Of a stretch of 34,605 bases of DNA, positions 31,443 to 34,605 are shown piece after piece. The position numbers and the translations under genes are program-made. This stretch comes from Hydrurus foetidus. Its lineage: Eukaryota. How positions within the stretch are numbered: position 1 is the stretch's first letter; each line of letters opens with the position of its first letter. The notes beneath the pieces are model-generated. The model made no database searches, was not told the origin of the DNA, and saw only the letters and a list, made by a program, of their open reading frames with translations. The DNA lies in the NCBI GenBank assembly GCA_900617105.1, contig UYFQ01000535.1, positions 1 through 34,605 on the forward strand, read 5' to 3'.

Positions 31443-34400
31443 TGTGGTCGTACCGGGTATACCGGGCCTACGGGCCGTACCGGACCTTGTCACGATCCAC
31501 CCGATCCTTCCGCCTACAGTACACATACATCCCTAGCACGACTAGCTAGCTAGCTGCAGCCGACTCCCAGAAGTTACCTAGCTTCTAGCATAGTCTGTAA
31601 CCTAAGCACAACCCGCTCTCCTACCCATCTTCTTCTCCATCAGGACTACAATAGCGCTATTCGTCCAACCTTTCTTCTACTACTTCTCAGTCCATCTATT
31701 TGTCCTCAACTTTTAAATAAGACTTCTGAGCGATCTATTGTTCGCCACGGCCGACTTCTCTTGCAGCTTTGAGCTCAGAGAACTTTAGTTTAAGTTAGAG
31801 AAAGTCAGCATACCTGCTTTCTTGGAATCCCTAAGCTTGGGCTCTTCCATTCTTTAAGTTTCCGGTCGAAGTCGAAAGATCCTTCCTAAGATTCATTAAA
31901 GACCTGCTCTGACAGTCGATTGAATCACGGATTCATCACCGCTGACATAAGATTAGTCAAGAGACGTCTTCTTGTCGCTGGAAAGCAGCAGCTTATACCT
32001 TTAAAGGTGCTCAATTTTTCTACCACTCAAAATTTGGCTCTTAAGCCATTGGACTTTTCAGTTCAAGAGTTGGTTAGAATTCGATAACGCGTTGTTACTG
32101 ACGTTACAGTACCCGTTAGCGAACAAGGCAAACCCCTTGCAAATTTTTTTTGACAACGGGGGATTGATCTCTGCTGTGTTGAAGCGAGATACATATCTAG
32201 TAACGATATGTCCGCCGCACCTCCATCTCCACCACCTCTTGATGAGGAGGAGATTGCTCGTCTCGCAGCGTTGGCTGCCCTCAATGAGACTATTCCAATC
32301 AACAGCTCATTGTTTGGTAACAGCTCGCTGACGATGCAACTCCAGAGTGAGGTATTCGTGCTCAGACACAACTTCATTGATGAAGCTGATGCCATTGAGT
32401 TCTACGAACAGGCTCAACGCAATCCCAACATGAAGTTGACGGACTGTATGCAGAAGCAGGCAATCGAACTATTGAACTTCAAAATCTTAGTCGACCCTGA
32501 ATTCAACATCATTGACCGTCGACAACGTCATGATTGGTTCACCATATTAACGGTGACTCAGGTAGCCACTCTAGTAGTGAAGTACTTCTGCCCAAACGGT
32601 TTGGGGGAGTGTACTTTGGCAGAGAGTTTCAGCCAGATTCCCTTCCACTACCAGATCGCTAATCACGATCATGAGAATGCCACATTCATTCGTTACAATG
32701 AACTTGTGAGCAACTATGAGAGGTCCAAGGGCCCTCTGACTATGACTCAGCATGCTGAGCTTATTCAGATCTTGGAGAAGCGCCTAGCTAAAGTAGTCAA
32801 ATTCAACAAGACTACCTGAGAGCGAAAGCTGCTGACACCTCACCACCCAACACGGGGACATGGTTAAAGACTATGCTACGCATTGGTCAGGTTCTGGCTG
32901 AGGCTAGGTCGATGACGAACCTCATCAAGAGCTACGGCAACCCGGAGGTAGTGTACTCGTTCCCTTCATCGGCTATTCCGCCTGAGGTTGGTAAAAAGAG
33001 ACAAGCAGAGCAAGTGTTAAGGCACCCTCACCTACTCCATCCGGGACGTCTAAGTCACTTACAGCGACTGTGCGTACAACAGGCTCGTACATTCCGACTC
33101 AGCACGGACTCGCTGTCCGTGCGTCGACGGAAGTGCCGTTCGTACCGAACTTGCTAGCGTGCCGTTCGTGCGGGTCTAAGTCGCACATGTTGCTTGACTG
33201 TCCCATCTTGTATTACTCCGACTCCAATACAGACCATTCGGCTGATTGGGAGGATTCTACATTGGGTATGGCTTGGGCAGCGGTAGGGTTTGCAGAATGG
33301 CAACAACATCTCGTACTCCCAGGGTACGAAGATCGCGTTCTGCTACTCCCTAAGGGTTCTAAACCCTACTTGATGTCTAACGACAACAAGCGCCCCAAAA
33401 ACAGCCATGGTGGCGGTAACAACCCCAATGCCTCTGGTGGTTCAGATCGTTCCAACCAGGGACAAGGGGGGTATAACCAAAACCAAGGGAACCAAGGTAA
33501 CCAGGGAGGTGATTACCAGGGCTCCCATGGAGGGGGTAGAGGTAAGCAAAGGGGAGGATACAACCCCAATGCAAACCAAAACCAGGGTCGTGGATCCGGT
33601 GGCAGGGGAAACAAATACAACCCCCCACAGGGAAACAACCCTCCCTCCTCCTCCAGTTCAGGTCAGGATCAAGGTAAGAACCTTTATTCTGATGACGTAG
33701 CTGCTGTCTTTGACAATGATTCCCATAATCTGATGGATAGTCATGTTGAAGAACAGCCACATGTAACTATTCGTGAAGAGTTTTTGCATAATCCATCTGT
33801 CCTTCCTTCTCATCACCGCAACGTAACTGTTATCGTGCAGGATAAGGATAGGACTGGCCCAGCAAGCGAGCTGCGTGCCGTTGGAAGAGCCGTGCTGGAC
33901 ACCGCGAATTACTCGGAGGATTTTATTTCTTTTAAAATATGTTAGAAAAATTAAATGCCACTCACATTTGTTACCCCGCTCCTACAGCTATCACTGTTTG
34001 TAGCGGCCTCGATGGTCAATGTTATGTAAATAACGAAATTTGCAATTTGAAAATCCTTTTTCACTCTTACGATGGCGAATGCCAGAGCATCAGCTTACCC
34101 ATGAGGGTAAATAGAAAACCGAAATTGAAATTCTGTTTAGCCGTAAAACGGTAAATAAATACGATTTTTGGTCTTTAACTCCGTTTGCTTTCGGCATATC
34201 GCCAGAACTTAGCGCGGAGAATAAGAAGAAAAGCGATGCGCTCAAACGCGAATTCGATAAGAAAGAAGCTTTGTTGAAACTTGATCCCATGTATCAACAT
34301 AAGTATACGCGTCAAATGATAGCGTTGGGTGCCGAACAAGATACAGCTGAAGTCGAGTCTATCACGCCTCATTATGACAAGCTGAAATATCCAGGCGGTA

Positions 34401-34605
34401 AACCTGCCTCTAAAAAGAGGGTTACATATGGAGTACAAGAGTACCCATATAAGAAGAGCGTATTGCTTGGTCAATCTTCTTCGAAGAGCAACGTCTCCTG
34501 TGTCCATTCAATGTCGACATGTAACGATACCCAAAAGGATATTGAGGGAGTCGCGACCCAAAATTCCTGTGGTGATGTAAGTTGTGAGCGACTGAATAGT
34601 GTCAC
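31443..34605 (+). mobile_element. 5' part of a related Gypsy-type LTR element (LTR 31443-31650, degenerate gag and protease), running off the window
   Basis: LTR TGTGGTC...GACTACA is homologous to the minus-strand LTR at 28979-29176 (TGTGGTCGTACCGGGT vs TGTGGTAGTTCCGGGT; CCCGATCCT.CCG; CCTAGCTTCTAGC). It begins exactly where the minus-strand Pol homology ends. Confidence 0.8.
32208..34400 (+). pseudogene. Frameshifted Gag (CCHC knuckle, G/N/Q-rich tail) and aspartic protease
   Basis: CRSCGSKSHMLLDC knuckle; AVLDTANYSEDFIS protease-like motif. Pieces are spread over ORFs 32208-32819, 32873-33157, 33070-33945 and 33939-34154. Confidence 0.7.

Noticed and set aside
31443..31526. N-terminus MCTVGGRIGW… of ORF 30720-31526
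   Set aside because: It is read-through into the antisense strand of the inserted LTR, not Pol sequence.

Overview
Eukaryotic, transposon-dense window. A stramenopile/ochrophyte host is plausible from the diatom-CoDi-like copia motifs, but this is inference. Only two host genes are supported, arranged tail-to-tail: an aldose 1-epimerase with one 72-nt intron (15487-16674, +) and a SpoU/TrmH RNA methyltransferase (16984-18228, -). Around them lie a ~1260-aa hAT-like DDE transposase split by a 1-nt frameshift (2423-6210), a fragment of a paralogue at the window start, and many nested MITEs. There are two full-length Ty1/copia elements with 5-bp TSDs: 9943-15330 (intact) and 21172-26789 (inactivated). 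A three-deep nest of Gypsy-type LTR elements runs from 27862 to the end and includes a chromovirus. The most unusual signal is that none of the four visible 5'-LTR junctions has a canonical TGG tRNA primer-binding site (PBS). In both copia elements the PBS position is complementary to a conserved GTTTAAATA motif inside the element's own LTR, resembling Tf1 self-priming, and there is no polypurine tract. In both Gypsy-type elements the PBS position is a perfect 12-bp palindrome, different in sequence but identical in position.
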